NCBI GenBank assembly: GCA_035632415.1
Contig: DASQGW010000012.1
Location: 6,325-70,324 of the forward strand
Reading direction: 5' to 3'
DNA from: Burkholderiales bacterium
GTDB taxonomy: Bacteria > Pseudomonadota > Gammaproteobacteria > Burkholderiales > SG8-39
DNA length: 64,000 nt
A model generated the notes under the pieces. It was not told the origin of the DNA, searched no databases, and saw nothing but the letters and a program-made list of their open reading frames with translations. Of this stretch, positions 9,453 to 18,618 are shown piece after piece (the first letter of the stretch is position 1; every line of letters begins with the position of its first letter). The position numbers and the translations under genes were made by a program.

Positions 9453-11768
9453 ATGTGGCTTCGTTTTCTAGCCTTTCCGCTGGCGCTCGCCGCGGGCGCG
9501 GCGGCAGCCGCCCTCCTGGTGCTCGGGCTGGTCGTAGTACTCGCATACCCCAACCTCCCGGAACTCGACGCCCTTACCGCCTACCAGCCCAAGATCCCAT
9601 TGCGCATCTACACCGCCGACGGCACGCTGATTGGCGAGTTCGGCGAGGAGCGAAGAGCGGTCGTTTCCATCGCCGATGTCCCGCCCCAGCTCAAGAACGC
9701 CATCATCTCCGCCGAGGACGAGCGCTTCTACCAGCATCCCGGGATCGATTACATCGGCGTGCTGCGCGCCGCTTATGCCAACCTCGTGGCGGGAGGCAAG
9801 CGCCAAGGGGCGAGCACCATCACGATGCAGGTGGCACGCAATTTTTTCCTCTCGTCCGAGAAGACGCTCACCCGCAAGCTCTATGAGGCGCTGCTCGCCT
9901 TCAAGATCGAGCACAGCCTGAGCAAGGACCAGATCCTCGAGCTCTATGTCAACCAGATTTATCTGGGGCAACGCGCCTACGGATTCGGCGCGGCCTCGCA
10001 AACGTACTTTGGAAAATCACTGGACCAGCTCTCCCTCGGCGAAGCCGCGATACTCGCGGGCCTGCCCAAGGCGCCCTCGCTTTACAACCCCATCGCGAAT
10101 CCGCAGCGCGCCAAGCAGCGCCAGCAGTACGTCCTGCGCAGGATGACTGAGCTTGGCTACATTACTGCAGCGCAATACGAGGAAGCATTCAAAGCTCCTT
10201 TGAGGGCAAAACGGGAAGTAAGTGAATACTCCATCCATGCCGAGTTTCTCGCTGAGATGGTGCGGCAGGCGATGGCGGAACATTACCCAGAGGATGTCTA
10301 CACGCGAGGCTTCCGCGTTTACACCACGCTGAGGAAGGCCGATCAGGAAGCGGCCTACGAGGCGGTGCGCACGGGCGCGCTCGAATATGACCGCCGCCAG
10401 GGATATCGCGGGCCCGAGGGCTTCTACGACCTGCGCCCGGATGTGACCGAAGACGAATACGACGATGCGCTTGCCGATCATCCGGATAGTGACGATCTCC
10501 TTGCCGCCGTCGTCCTTTCGGTTGACGCAAAACACGTCGAGGCGGGCCTGCGCACCGGCGACAAGATCACCGTGGCGGGCGAAGGATTGCGCTTCGCCGC
10601 CCGCTCGCTGGACCCGAAGACCGCCTCGCAAAAGCGCATCCGCCGCGGATCCATCGTTCGGGTGCAGAAGGAGGGCAAGGGCTGGCAGATCGTCCAGATC
10701 CCGGAGATTGAGTCCGCTTTCATCTCGCTCGACCCGCAGGATGGTGCGATCCGCTCACTCGTCGGCGGCTTCGACTTCAGCCGGACCAAGTTCAACCACG
10801 TGACGCAGGCCTGGCGTCAGCCCGGATCGTCGTTCAAGCCTTTCATCTACTCGGCGGCTCTCGAGAAGGGCTTCACGCCCGCCACGGTGATCCCCGACGA
10901 GCCGGTCGTGCTCGAGGCTGAGGAGACCGGCAGCCAGCGCTGGGAGCCCAAGAACTTCGATGGCAAGTTCGAAGGACCGATGCGCATGCGCACGGCGCTC
11001 ACCAAGTCCAAGAACATGGTTTCGATCCGCATCCTCGACGCCATCGGCACGAAATACGCGCAGGAATACATCACGCGGTTCGGCTTCGATGCCGACCGGC
11101 ATCCGCCCTATCTGACCATGGCGCTTGGCGCCGGCGCCGTGACGATGTGGCAGCTCGCGCGGGGCTATTCGGTGTTTGCGAACGGCGGGTATCTCGTCCA
11201 GCCGTACTTCATCCACAAGATCGTCGACGACCGCGGCAACGTGCTCGCGCTCGGCGAGCCGAAACGCTCGGGCGACGAGTCGCTGCGCGTCATCGATGCG
11301 CGCAACGCGTTCATCATGGACAACATGATGCAGGACGTGACGCGCATCGGCACCGCAGCGCGGGCCGCGCGCCTCGGCCGCTCCGACCTCGCCGGCAAGA
11401 CCGGCACGACGAACGAGTTCGTCGACGCCTGGTTCGCCGGCTACCAGCCCACCCTCGTCGCCATAGCGTGGGTGGGCTTCGATCAGCCCAAGACGTTGGG
11501 CAAGAACCAGACGGGCGGCGTGGTGGCCCTGCCGATCTGGGTCTCATACATGGAAAAGGCGCTCAAGGATGTACCTGAGATGCCGCGAGAGATGCCCCCC
11601 GGCATCGTCGTGCTGCCGACCGGCCCGTATCCCACGGCGGGCGGCGAGACTCGGATGGTTCCGGAATTCTTCTACCAGGAAGCGGTGCCGCCGCCCGAGG
11701 TGCTGCAGCCCGGTCCGAACGTCGAACCGGTGCCGCCGGCGCAGCAGCCGCCGAGCCCGCCCGCCTAG
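9453..11768 (+). CDS. mrcA: penicillin-binding protein 1A (bifunctional transglycosylase/transpeptidase)
   Basis: 771-aa ORF with an in-frame TGA at 9435..9437 upstream. Has an N-terminal TM anchor, glycosyltransferase-51 motifs (ISAEDERFYQHPGIDY, RKLYEALLAFKIE), and transpeptidase SSFKP and KTGTT motifs. Confidence 0.93.
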   Translation: MWLRFLAFPLALAAGAAAAALLVLGLVVVLAYPNLPELDALTAYQPKIPLRIYTADGTLIGEFGEERRAVVSIADVPPQLKNAIISAEDERFYQHPGIDYIGVLRAAYANLVAGGKRQGASTITMQVARNFFLSSEKTLTRKLYEALLAFKIEHSLSKDQILELYVNQIYLGQRAYGFGAASQTYFGKSLDQLSLGEAAILAGLPKAPSLYNPIANPQRAKQRQQYVLRRMTELGYITAAQYEEAFKAPLRAKREVSEYSIHAEFLAEMVRQAMAEHYPEDVYTRGFRVYTTLRKADQEAAYEAVRTGALEYDRRQGYRGPEGFYDLRPDVTEDEYDDALADHPDSDDLLAAVVLSVDAKHVEAGLRTGDKITVAGEGLRFAARSLDPKTASQKRIRRGSIVRVQKEGKGWQIVQIPEIESAFISLDPQDGAIRSLVGGFDFSRTKFNHVTQAWRQPGSSFKPFIYSAALEKGFTPATVIPDEPVVLEAEETGSQRWEPKNFDGKFEGPMRMRTALTKSKNMVSIRILDAIGTKYAQEYITRFGFDADRHPPYLTMALGAGAVTMWQLARGYSVFANGGYLVQPYFIHKIVDDRGNVLALGEPKRSGDESLRVIDARNAFIMDNMMQDVTRIGTAARAARLGRSDLAGKTGTTNEFVDAWFAGYQPTLVAIAWVGFDQPKTLGKNQTGGVVALPIWVSYMEKALKDVPEMPREMPPGIVVLPTGPYPTAGGETRMVPEFFYQEAVPPPEVLQPGPNVEPVPPAQQPPSPPA

Positions 11769-12085
11769 CCTTTCAGCCGCACCGGCTGGCCGCTCTGCGC
11801 GGACACAAGCTTCGAGAGCGCGGCGAAGAGCTCAGTCCCTTCGCGCGTATCGTGCCAGGCGCCGCCGTCCCAGCGGAAGTGAAAGCCGCCAGAGCGCGCC
11901 GCGACCCAGATCTCGCGGGCGGCGGCGTGCCGGTTGATGACCATTTTCGAGCCATCGGCGTACTCGATCTCCATCACACCGCCGGCCTTGAGCTCGACGT
12001 CGGCGTCGACGCCGCTTTCCTCGAGGGCGGCCTCGATGCGCTCGAGCGCACGCTCGGCAAGCGCGGCGAATTCGGTCTCTTCCAT
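11765..12085 (-). CDS. cyaY: iron donor protein CyaY (frataxin homologue)
   Basis: 106-aa ORF with VMEIEYADGSKMVINRHAAAREIWVAARSGGFHFRW, typical of CyaY. Divergent from the lptM-like gene and lysA. Confidence 0.9.
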   Translation of the reverse strand: MEETEFAALAERALERIEAALEESGVDADVELKAGGVMEIEYADGSKMVINRHAAAREIWVAARSGGFHFRWDGGAWHDTREGTELFAALSKLVSAQSGQPVRLKG

Positions 12086-12104
12086 GCGTTAACATCGTGA
12101 TTTT

Positions 12105-12269
12105 ATGCGCTGGTCCATCGTTCTCGCCTTGGCGCTGGCCGCGGGCGGGTGCGGGCAGCGGGGCCCGCTTTACCTGCGCGACAATCCCCCCCCCGGCGTG
12201 AAGCCGGAGAAGCGCGACACCTACAAGCCGGTCCCCTATCCGCCGTCCTCGACGGAAGAAACGAAGTAG
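12105..12269 (+). CDS. lptM: small lipoprotein, LptM (YifL)-like
   Basis: 54-codon ORF below the track cut-off, found by hand: MRWSIVLALALAAGGCGQRGPLYLRDNPPPGVKPEKRDTYKPVPYPPSSTEETK. It has a signal peptide and Cys16, and the CGxxGPLYLP motif of YifL/LptM. It sits between cyaY and a DAP-pathway gene, as yifL does in E. coli. Confidence 0.75.
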   Translation: MRWSIVLALALAAGGCGQRGPLYLRDNPPPGVKPEKRDTYKPVPYPPSSTEETK

Positions 12270-12274
12270 GCGCG

Positions 12275-13543
12275 ATGGCCTTCGACTATCGAAACGGCGT
12301 GCTCTGCGCCGATGAAGCGCCGCTCGACGACATTGCGCAGCGCTTCGGCACGCCGTGCTACGTCTACTCGCAACGCGCGATCACCTCGGCCTACGCCGAG
12401 TTCTCCCAAGCGCTCGCCGGCCGGGATGCTCGCGTGTGCTATTCCGTCAAGGCGAACTCAAATCTCGCCATCCTCGCGCTGTTGGCCAGTCTCGGTGCAG
12501 GCTTCGACATCGTTTCGGCTGGCGAGCTCGCACGCGTGCTCGCCGCCGGCGGCGACGCCGCGCGCACGCTCTTCTCCGGCGTCGGCAAGAGCGCGGCCGA
12601 GATCGAGCTTGCGCTGTCGCGGGGCGTCGGCTGCATCAACGTGGAGTCCGCGGCGGAGCTCGATCGCGTGGCTCGTATCGCACAACGCCTGGAGCGGCGC
12701 GCTCCGGTCGCGTTGCGTGTCAATCCGGATATCGACGCGCGCACCCATCCGTACATCTCGACGGGGCTGCGCGAGAACAAGTTCGGCGTGGCTTACAGGG
12801 ATGCCGAGCGCCTCTATCGGCAAGCGGCGCAAAGGCGCGAGCTCGAAGTAGTCGGAATCGGCTGCCACATCGGCTCCCTGCTGAACGACCCGGCGCCCTT
12901 CGTCGCCGCGGCCCAGCGCCTCGGCGAGCTCGTCGACCGCCTCGAGGCTGAGGGCATCGGCCTGCGCCATATCGACGTCGGCGGCGGCATCGGCATTCGC
13001 TACAAGGACGAAACCACCCAACCGATCACGGCGTTCGTGCGCGGCGCGCTCGCCGCGCTCGGCAGCCGCAGGCAGCAGGTGATCTTCGACCCGGGCCGCT
13101 CGCTCGTCGGCAATGCTGGCATCTTGCTGACACGCGTCGAGTATGTGAAGCCCGGCGAGGCGCGCAACTTCCTCGTGGTCGATGCTGCGATGAACGATTT
13201 GATCCGTCCGCCGCTCTATGGCGCGTGGCACGAAGTGCGCACAGTCCGGGCGGCGGACGCCGGCGCGGCGACTGTTTACGACGTGGTGGGTCCCGTCTGC
13301 GAAAGCGCCGACTTTCTCGCAAAAGAACGCCAGCTCGTGGCGCGCGAGGGCGACCTGCTCGCAATTATGTCGGCGGGCGCCTATGGAATGGTGATGAGCT
13401 CCAATTACAACTCGCGCCCGCGGGCCGCCGAGGTCCTGGTGGACCGAGCGATGGCGCACTTGGTGCGCCGCCGCGAGTCGCTCGAGGAATTGTTTGCCGC
13501 AGAGCAGATTCCGGGAAGACAATCGCGTCCCTCGCGTGACTGA
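12275..13543 (+). CDS. lysA: diaminopimelate decarboxylase
   Basis: The real start MAFDYRNGVLCADEAPLDDIAQRFGTPCYVYS is residue 43 of the tracked 464-aa ORF; the extension overlaps lptM in another frame. Group IV PLP decarboxylase motifs are present (YSVKANSNLAIL, DVGGGIGI, CESADF). Confidence 0.92.
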   Translation: MAFDYRNGVLCADEAPLDDIAQRFGTPCYVYSQRAITSAYAEFSQALAGRDARVCYSVKANSNLAILALLASLGAGFDIVSAGELARVLAAGGDAARTLFSGVGKSAAEIELALSRGVGCINVESAAELDRVARIAQRLERRAPVALRVNPDIDARTHPYISTGLRENKFGVAYRDAERLYRQAAQRRELEVVGIGCHIGSLLNDPAPFVAAAQRLGELVDRLEAEGIGLRHIDVGGGIGIRYKDETTQPITAFVRGALAALGSRRQQVIFDPGRSLVGNAGILLTRVEYVKPGEARNFLVVDAAMNDLIRPPLYGAWHEVRTVRAADAGAATVYDVVGPVCESADFLAKERQLVAREGDLLAIMSAGAYGMVMSSNYNSRPRAAEVLVDRAMAHLVRRRESLEELFAAEQIPGRQSRPSRD

Positions 13544-13553
13544 AGCCCCGCCC

Positions 13554-14705
13554 ATGACCCGAACCAGCCGCCGCGTCCTCATTGCCGGCGCGGTGCTGGT
13601 CGTGCTCGTCGCGGGGGGTCTCGCCTTCTACGTCAGCACGGACATCCGCGCCAAGGAAGGTCGCAAGGCGCCCAAGGGCCCGCCGCCGGTTCCCGTGACC
13701 GTTGCCCTGGCGGCCAAGGAAACCGTGCCGGTTCGGCTGTCGGCGATCGGCAACGTCGACGCCTACTCCACCGTGGCGGTCAAGGCGCGTGTCGACGGAC
13801 AGATCATCGAAGTCAATTTCAAGGAGGGCGCCGCGGTGACGAAAGGCGATGTGCTGTTTCGCATCGATCCGCGTCCATACCAGGCCGCTCTGCGCCAGGC
13901 CGAGGCCAATGCGTTGCGCGACGCGGCCGCGCGCAACCAGGCCCTCTCGCAGGAAAAGCGCTACCAGGAGCTGCTGCAGAAGAATTTCATCTCCAAGGAG
14001 GCCTACGCGCAGATTCGCACGAATGCCGAAACCGCGGCAGCGGTGGCGAAGGCGAGCCGCGCCGCGCTCGAGAACGCGCGGCTCAATCTCGAGTACTGCA
14101 CGATCGCGTCGCCGCTCGATGGCTTCGTGGGCAAGGTCCTCCTGCAGGCGGGCAACCTTGTGAAGGCCAATGACGCGAACCCTCTGGCGGTGATCAACCA
14201 GGTGCGGCCGATCTACGTGAACTTCGCCGTGCCCGAGCAGAATCTCAACGAGATCCGCAAGCACATGGCCGGAGGACCGCTCGAGGTCGAAGCGCTACCC
14301 GTCGATCCTGCGCAGAGCCATCCCCAAGGGAAGCTCATCTTTGTGGACAACGCGGTCGATCCGAGCACCGGAACGATCCGCCTGCGAGCGCAGTTCGACA
14401 ACGACGATGCCGCGCTCTGGCCAGGGCAGTTCGTCAACGTGAGCTTGCGCCTCTACGACCAGCCCGACGCCATACTCGTGCCGTCGCAGGCGGTGCAGAC
14501 CGGCCCGGACGGCCAATACGTCTACGTGGTGGCTGAAGACATGACCGCCGAACTGCGTCGCGTGACGGTCCAGCGCGTCGAGGGCGAACGCACCATCATC
14601 GCGAACGGCCTCGCTCCAGGCGATCGGGTCGTGACGCGCGGCCAGCTGCGACTTGGCCCCAAAGTGAAAGTCCAGGTCGGCAAGCCCGCGGCCGGCGCTT
14701 CATGA
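13554..14705 (+). CDS. efflux RND transporter periplasmic adaptor subunit
   Basis: Within the tracked 403-aa ORF. Likely start MTRTSRRVLIAGAVLVVLVAGG (TM anchor); a GTG at 13536 or the TTG at 13494 are alternatives. HlyD/MFP motifs are present (GDVLFRIDPRPYQAAL, coiled coil, beta-barrel). Overlaps the pump gene by 4 nt. Confidence 0.85.
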   Translation: MTRTSRRVLIAGAVLVVLVAGGLAFYVSTDIRAKEGRKAPKGPPPVPVTVALAAKETVPVRLSAIGNVDAYSTVAVKARVDGQIIEVNFKEGAAVTKGDVLFRIDPRPYQAALRQAEANALRDAAARNQALSQEKRYQELLQKNFISKEAYAQIRTNAETAAAVAKASRAALENARLNLEYCTIASPLDGFVGKVLLQAGNLVKANDANPLAVINQVRPIYVNFAVPEQNLNEIRKHMAGGPLEVEALPVDPAQSHPQGKLIFVDNAVDPSTGTIRLRAQFDNDDAALWPGQFVNVSLRLYDQPDAILVPSQAVQTGPDGQYVYVVAEDMTAELRRVTVQRVEGERTIIANGLAPGDRVVTRGQLRLGPKVKVQVGKPAAGAS

Positions 14706-17700
14706 ATTTCTGCGAGCTCTGGGTTCGCCGGCCGGTGATGACCGTGCTGGTGATGGCCGGCGTCCTGATTTTCGGCCTTGCCGCCTACCGGCTGCTCCCG
14801 GTGTCGACGCTGCCCAACGTCGATTTCCCCACGATCCAGGTGAGCGCCGAGCTGCCGGGCGCGAGCCCCGATACGATGGCCTCGGGCATCGCCACGGTCC
14901 TCGAGAAGCAGTTCTCGACCATCCCCGGCATCGACGAGATGAGCTCGGTGTCGAGCCAGGGAACGACGCGCATCACGCTGCAATTTGCGCTTGACCGCGA
15001 CATCGACGCGGCGGCGCAGGACGTCAATTCCGCGATCGCCGCCGCCGCGCGCCAGCTTCCGCCTACGATGCCGGCGCCGCCTTCGTTCCGCAAGGTCAAC
15101 CCGGCCGACTTTCCGGTGTTCTTCCTCGCGCTTACCTCGGACACGCTGCCGCTCGCCACGGTGAACGAATATGCCGAGACCTATCTCGCGCAGCGCATCT
15201 CCACGATCAGCGGCGTCGCCCAGGTGCAGGTGTTCGGTCAGCAAAAGTACGCGGTGCGCGTGCAGGTCGATCCGAATGCGCTTGCCGCCCGAGGCGTCGG
15301 CATCAACGAGGTCGAGCAGGCGGTATCGCAGGCGAACGTCAACCTGCCGACCGGAACGCTGTACGGGCGGGATCGGATGTATGCAGTCCAGGCCACCGGC
15401 CAACTCGCCGACGCGGCGGCGTTCCGCCCGATCATCGTCACCTACCGCAACGGCTCGCCCATCCGGCTGCAGGACCTCGGCCGGGTGATCGACAGCGTGC
15501 AGAACGACAAGGTCGCCGCCTGGTACAAGAACCGGCGGGGCATCGTGCTCGCGATTTATCGCCAGCCGGGCACCAACACGATCCAGGTCGTCGACGTGAT
15601 CCGCAAGCTCCTGCCCACGTTCCGCGCCGAAGTGCCGCCCGCCATCAGCATCGAGGTGCTCTACGATCGCTCGCAGTCCATCCGGACTTCGGTCGAGGAG
15701 GTGAAGGTCACCCTGTTCTCGGCGCTCGCGCTCGTCGTGCTCGTCATCTTCCTCTTCCTGCGCAACATCCCGGCGACTGTGATCCCATCGATTGCGCTGC
15801 CCATGTCGATCATCGGCACGTTCGCCGTGATGTACCTGTTCGACTACAGCCTGGACAACATCTCGCTCATGGCACTCACGCTGTGCGTCGGTTTCGTAGT
15901 CGACGACGCCATTGTCATGCTGGAGAACATCACGCGGCATATCGAGAACGGGGCAAGCGTGCTGCAGGCCACCCTGGAAGGCTCGCGCGAGATCGTGTTC
16001 ACGATCATCTCGATGACCATCTCGCTCGCTGCGGTGTTCATTCCCGTGCTCTTCATGGGCGGCATCCTTGGGCGCCTGTTGCACGAGTTCGCTGTGACGA
16101 TCATGGCTGCGGTCCTGATCTCGGGATTCGTCTCGCTGACGCTCACGCCGATGATGTGCAGCCGCATCCTGAGGTCGCATCGCGCCGACGTGCACCATGG
16201 GCACCTGTACATGGCGTTCGAGCGCGGCTTCGACGCCGTGCGCGATGTTTACGACCGGGCGCTCGGCTGGACGCTGCGGCACCGGCGCGTCGTATTGGTC
16301 GCGTTCGTGGCCATCTTCGTCCTGACGGGATGGCTCTTCGCCCGCGCGCCGAAGGGCTTCCTGCCCTCCGAGGATGCGGGGCAGATCTTCTGCTTCGTCG
16401 AGGGACCGCAGGACATCTCGTTCGACGCGATGGCCGACCTGCAGCGCCAGGTGGCGGACATCGTGCGCCAGGATCCGAACGTCGATGCCGTCATGTCGTT
16501 CGTCGGCGCAGGCGGCCTTTCGGCTTCCCTCAATGTCGGCCGCATCACCATCAACCTGAAGCCGTTCCACGAGCGCAAACCCGCAGACCAGGTGGTGCGC
16601 GAGCTGCGCCCGAAGCTCGCTAATGTGATGGGCGCCAAAGTCTTCATCCAGAACGTGCCGGCGATCCGCATCGGCGGCCAGCTCACGCGCAGCCCCTATC
16701 AATACGTCATGCGCAGCGCCAATGTGGACGAGCTCTACCACTGGGCGCCGCTCATCGAGCAGAAGCTGCGCGCGCTGCCCGGTCTGATCGACGTCTCGAG
16801 CGACCTGCAGATCGCGCGTCCCGAAGTGACGGTGGCGATCGACCGCGAGAAGGCCTCGGCGCTCGGCGTGTCCGCGCAGTCGATCGAGGCGGCGCTCAAC
16901 AACGCTTACGGGGCGAAGCAGGTGTCGACGATCTATACGTCGACCAACCAGTATTTCGTCATCCTCGAGCTCACGCCGCGCTACCAGACCGATCCGTCGG
17001 TGCTGCCGCTGCTCTACGTGCGCGCGTCCACCGGCGCGCTCGTGCCTCTCAACGCGGTCGCGAAGCTCAACTACGGCGTAGGACCCATGCAGATCACGCA
17101 CCTCGGCCAGCTGCCCTCGGTGGTGTTCTCGTTCGATTTACGTCCCGGCGTGGCGCTCTCGCAGGCGATCAGCCAGGTCGACGCCGGCATGCGGGAGCTG
17201 CAGGCGCCGGCGACGCTGAGCGGTACGTTCTCCGGCACCGCCCAGGCGTTCCAGAGCTCGCTGCAAGGCTGGGGCATCCTCATCGTGCTGGCGATCGTCG
17301 TCATTTACCTCGTGCTCGGCATCCTTTACGAAAGCTTCATCCATCCGATCACCATCCTGTCCGGCCTGCCCACGGCGGGGCTCGGAGCTCTGGTCACGCT
17401 GATGGTGTTCGGCATCGAGCTCAACATGTACGCCTTCGTGGGCATCATCATGCTGGTCGGCATCGTCAAGAAGAACGCGATCATGATGATCGACTTCGCC
17501 ATCGAAGCGCAGCGCAAAGAGGGCCTGCCCGCCGAGCAGGCCATCCATCAAGCGGGGCTGATACGCTTCCGTCCGATCATGATGACCACGATGGCGGCGC
17601 TGATGGGCAGCCTGCCGATCGCGATCGGCTTCGGTGCCGGCGGCGGCGCGCGCATGCCGCTTGGCCTGTCGGTCGTGGGCGGCCTGGTCCTTTCCCAGGT

Positions 17701-17818
17701 TCTCACCCTTTTCATCACGCCGGTGATCTACATCTACTTCGAGCGGTTGCAGGTCTGGTTGAATCGCTCGAAGGAAACTAGCGCGGAGGCCCATGCCGAG
17801 CAACCCCGAGGCGCGTAG
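14702..17818 (+). CDS. efflux RND transporter permease subunit (AcrB/MdtBC family)
   Basis: 1038-aa ORF starting MNFCELWVRRPVMTVLVMAGVLIFGLAAYRLLPVSTLPNVDFPTIQVSAELPGASP. Typical 12-TM AcrB architecture. No outer-membrane factor gene follows. Confidence 0.92.
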   Translation: MNFCELWVRRPVMTVLVMAGVLIFGLAAYRLLPVSTLPNVDFPTIQVSAELPGASPDTMASGIATVLEKQFSTIPGIDEMSSVSSQGTTRITLQFALDRDIDAAAQDVNSAIAAAARQLPPTMPAPPSFRKVNPADFPVFFLALTSDTLPLATVNEYAETYLAQRISTISGVAQVQVFGQQKYAVRVQVDPNALAARGVGINEVEQAVSQANVNLPTGTLYGRDRMYAVQATGQLADAAAFRPIIVTYRNGSPIRLQDLGRVIDSVQNDKVAAWYKNRRGIVLAIYRQPGTNTIQVVDVIRKLLPTFRAEVPPAISIEVLYDRSQSIRTSVEEVKVTLFSALALVVLVIFLFLRNIPATVIPSIALPMSIIGTFAVMYLFDYSLDNISLMALTLCVGFVVDDAIVMLENITRHIENGASVLQATLEGSREIVFTIISMTISLAAVFIPVLFMGGILGRLLHEFAVTIMAAVLISGFVSLTLTPMMCSRILRSHRADVHHGHLYMAFERGFDAVRDVYDRALGWTLRHRRVVLVAFVAIFVLTGWLFARAPKGFLPSEDAGQIFCFVEGPQDISFDAMADLQRQVADIVRQDPNVDAVMSFVGAGGLSASLNVGRITINLKPFHERKPADQVVRELRPKLANVMGAKVFIQNVPAIRIGGQLTRSPYQYVMRSANVDELYHWAPLIEQKLRALPGLIDVSSDLQIARPEVTVAIDREKASALGVSAQSIEAALNNAYGAKQVSTIYTSTNQYFVILELTPRYQTDPSVLPLLYVRASTGALVPLNAVAKLNYGVGPMQITHLGQLPSVVFSFDLRPGVALSQAISQVDAGMRELQAPATLSGTFSGTAQAFQSSLQGWGILIVLAIVVIYLVLGILYESFIHPITILSGLPTAGLGALVTLMVFGIELNMYAFVGIIMLVGIVKKNAIMMIDFAIEAQRKEGLPAEQAIHQAGLIRFRPIMMTTMAALMGSLPIAIGFGAGGGARMPLGLSVVGGLVLSQVLTLFITPVIYIYFERLQVWLNRSKETSAEAHAEQPRGA

Positions 17819-18575
17819 CCTCGCCGTCTTCTGCGACTTCGAGAACGTCGCGCTCGGCGTGCGAGAGGCGAAGTACTCCCAGTTCGACATGGACAAGGTG
17901 CTCGAGCGGCTGCTGCTCAAGGGCTCGATCGTCGTCAAGAAGGCCTACTGCGACTGGGAGCGCTACAAGGAATTCAAGGCCCCGATGCACGCCGCCGCGT
18001 TCGAGCTGATCGAGATCCCGCACGTGCGCCAGTCGGGCAAGAACTCGGCCGACATCCGCATGGTGGTCGACGCGCTCGACCTCTGCTACACGAAGTCCCA
18101 CGTCGACACCTTCGTCATCGTGAGCGGCGACTCCGATTTCTCGCCGCTCGTCTCCAAGCTGCGCGAGAACGCGAAGACCGTGATCGGCGTCGGCGTCAAG
18201 AACTCGAGCTCCGACCTCCTCATCTCCAACTGCGACGAGTTCATCTACTACGACGACCTCGTGCGCCAGGACGAGCAGAAGCGCCGCGCCGCCAAGAAGC
18301 GGCGCGAGAGCTCGGCCGAGGGCGAGGACAAGCCGCAGGAAGCCTTCGACCTCGTCGTCGAGACGCTGAACGCGCTCAATGCCGAGCGTGGCGAGGGCGA
18401 GAAGGTCTGGGGGTCGATGGTCAAGCAGGCGCTCAAGCGCAGAAAGCCTGGATTCAACGAGTCCTACTATGGGTTCAAGGCGTTCTCCGACCTCCTCGAA
18501 GAAGCCGAGAAGAGGGGGCTCATCAAGCTCGAGCCGGACGAGAAGTCAGGCGGCTATCTCATCAGGCCGGCCTAG
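17793..18575 (+). CDS. NYN (PIN-like nuclease fold) domain protein with C-terminal OST-HTH/LOTUS domain
   Basis: 260-aa ORF. N-terminal part: LAVFCDFENV...SADIRMVVDALDL...FVIVSGDSDFSPLVSKLRE (NYN/LabA-like acidic residues). C-terminal part: VWGSMVKQALKRRKPGFNESYYGFKAFSDLLEEAEKRGLIKLE (OST-HTH pattern). The start overlaps the RND gene end by 26 nt. Confidence 0.8.
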   Translation: MPSNPEARSLAVFCDFENVALGVREAKYSQFDMDKVLERLLLKGSIVVKKAYCDWERYKEFKAPMHAAAFELIEIPHVRQSGKNSADIRMVVDALDLCYTKSHVDTFVIVSGDSDFSPLVSKLRENAKTVIGVGVKNSSSDLLISNCDEFIYYDDLVRQDEQKRRAAKKRRESSAEGEDKPQEAFDLVVETLNALNAERGEGEKVWGSMVKQALKRRKPGFNESYYGFKAFSDLLEEAEKRGLIKLEPDEKSGGYLIRPA

Positions 18576-18618
18576 CGCTGCGGAGCTCGCCGCCGCGCGC
18601 GGCAAAAAGCTGCGTGAC

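Noticed and set aside
14522-17101. 859-aa ORF on the minus strand
   Set aside because: It lies entirely antisense to the RND permease gene, which has unmistakable AcrB-family sequence. The ORF is Arg/His/Asp-rich with no motifs, a typical shadow ORF of a high-GC gene.
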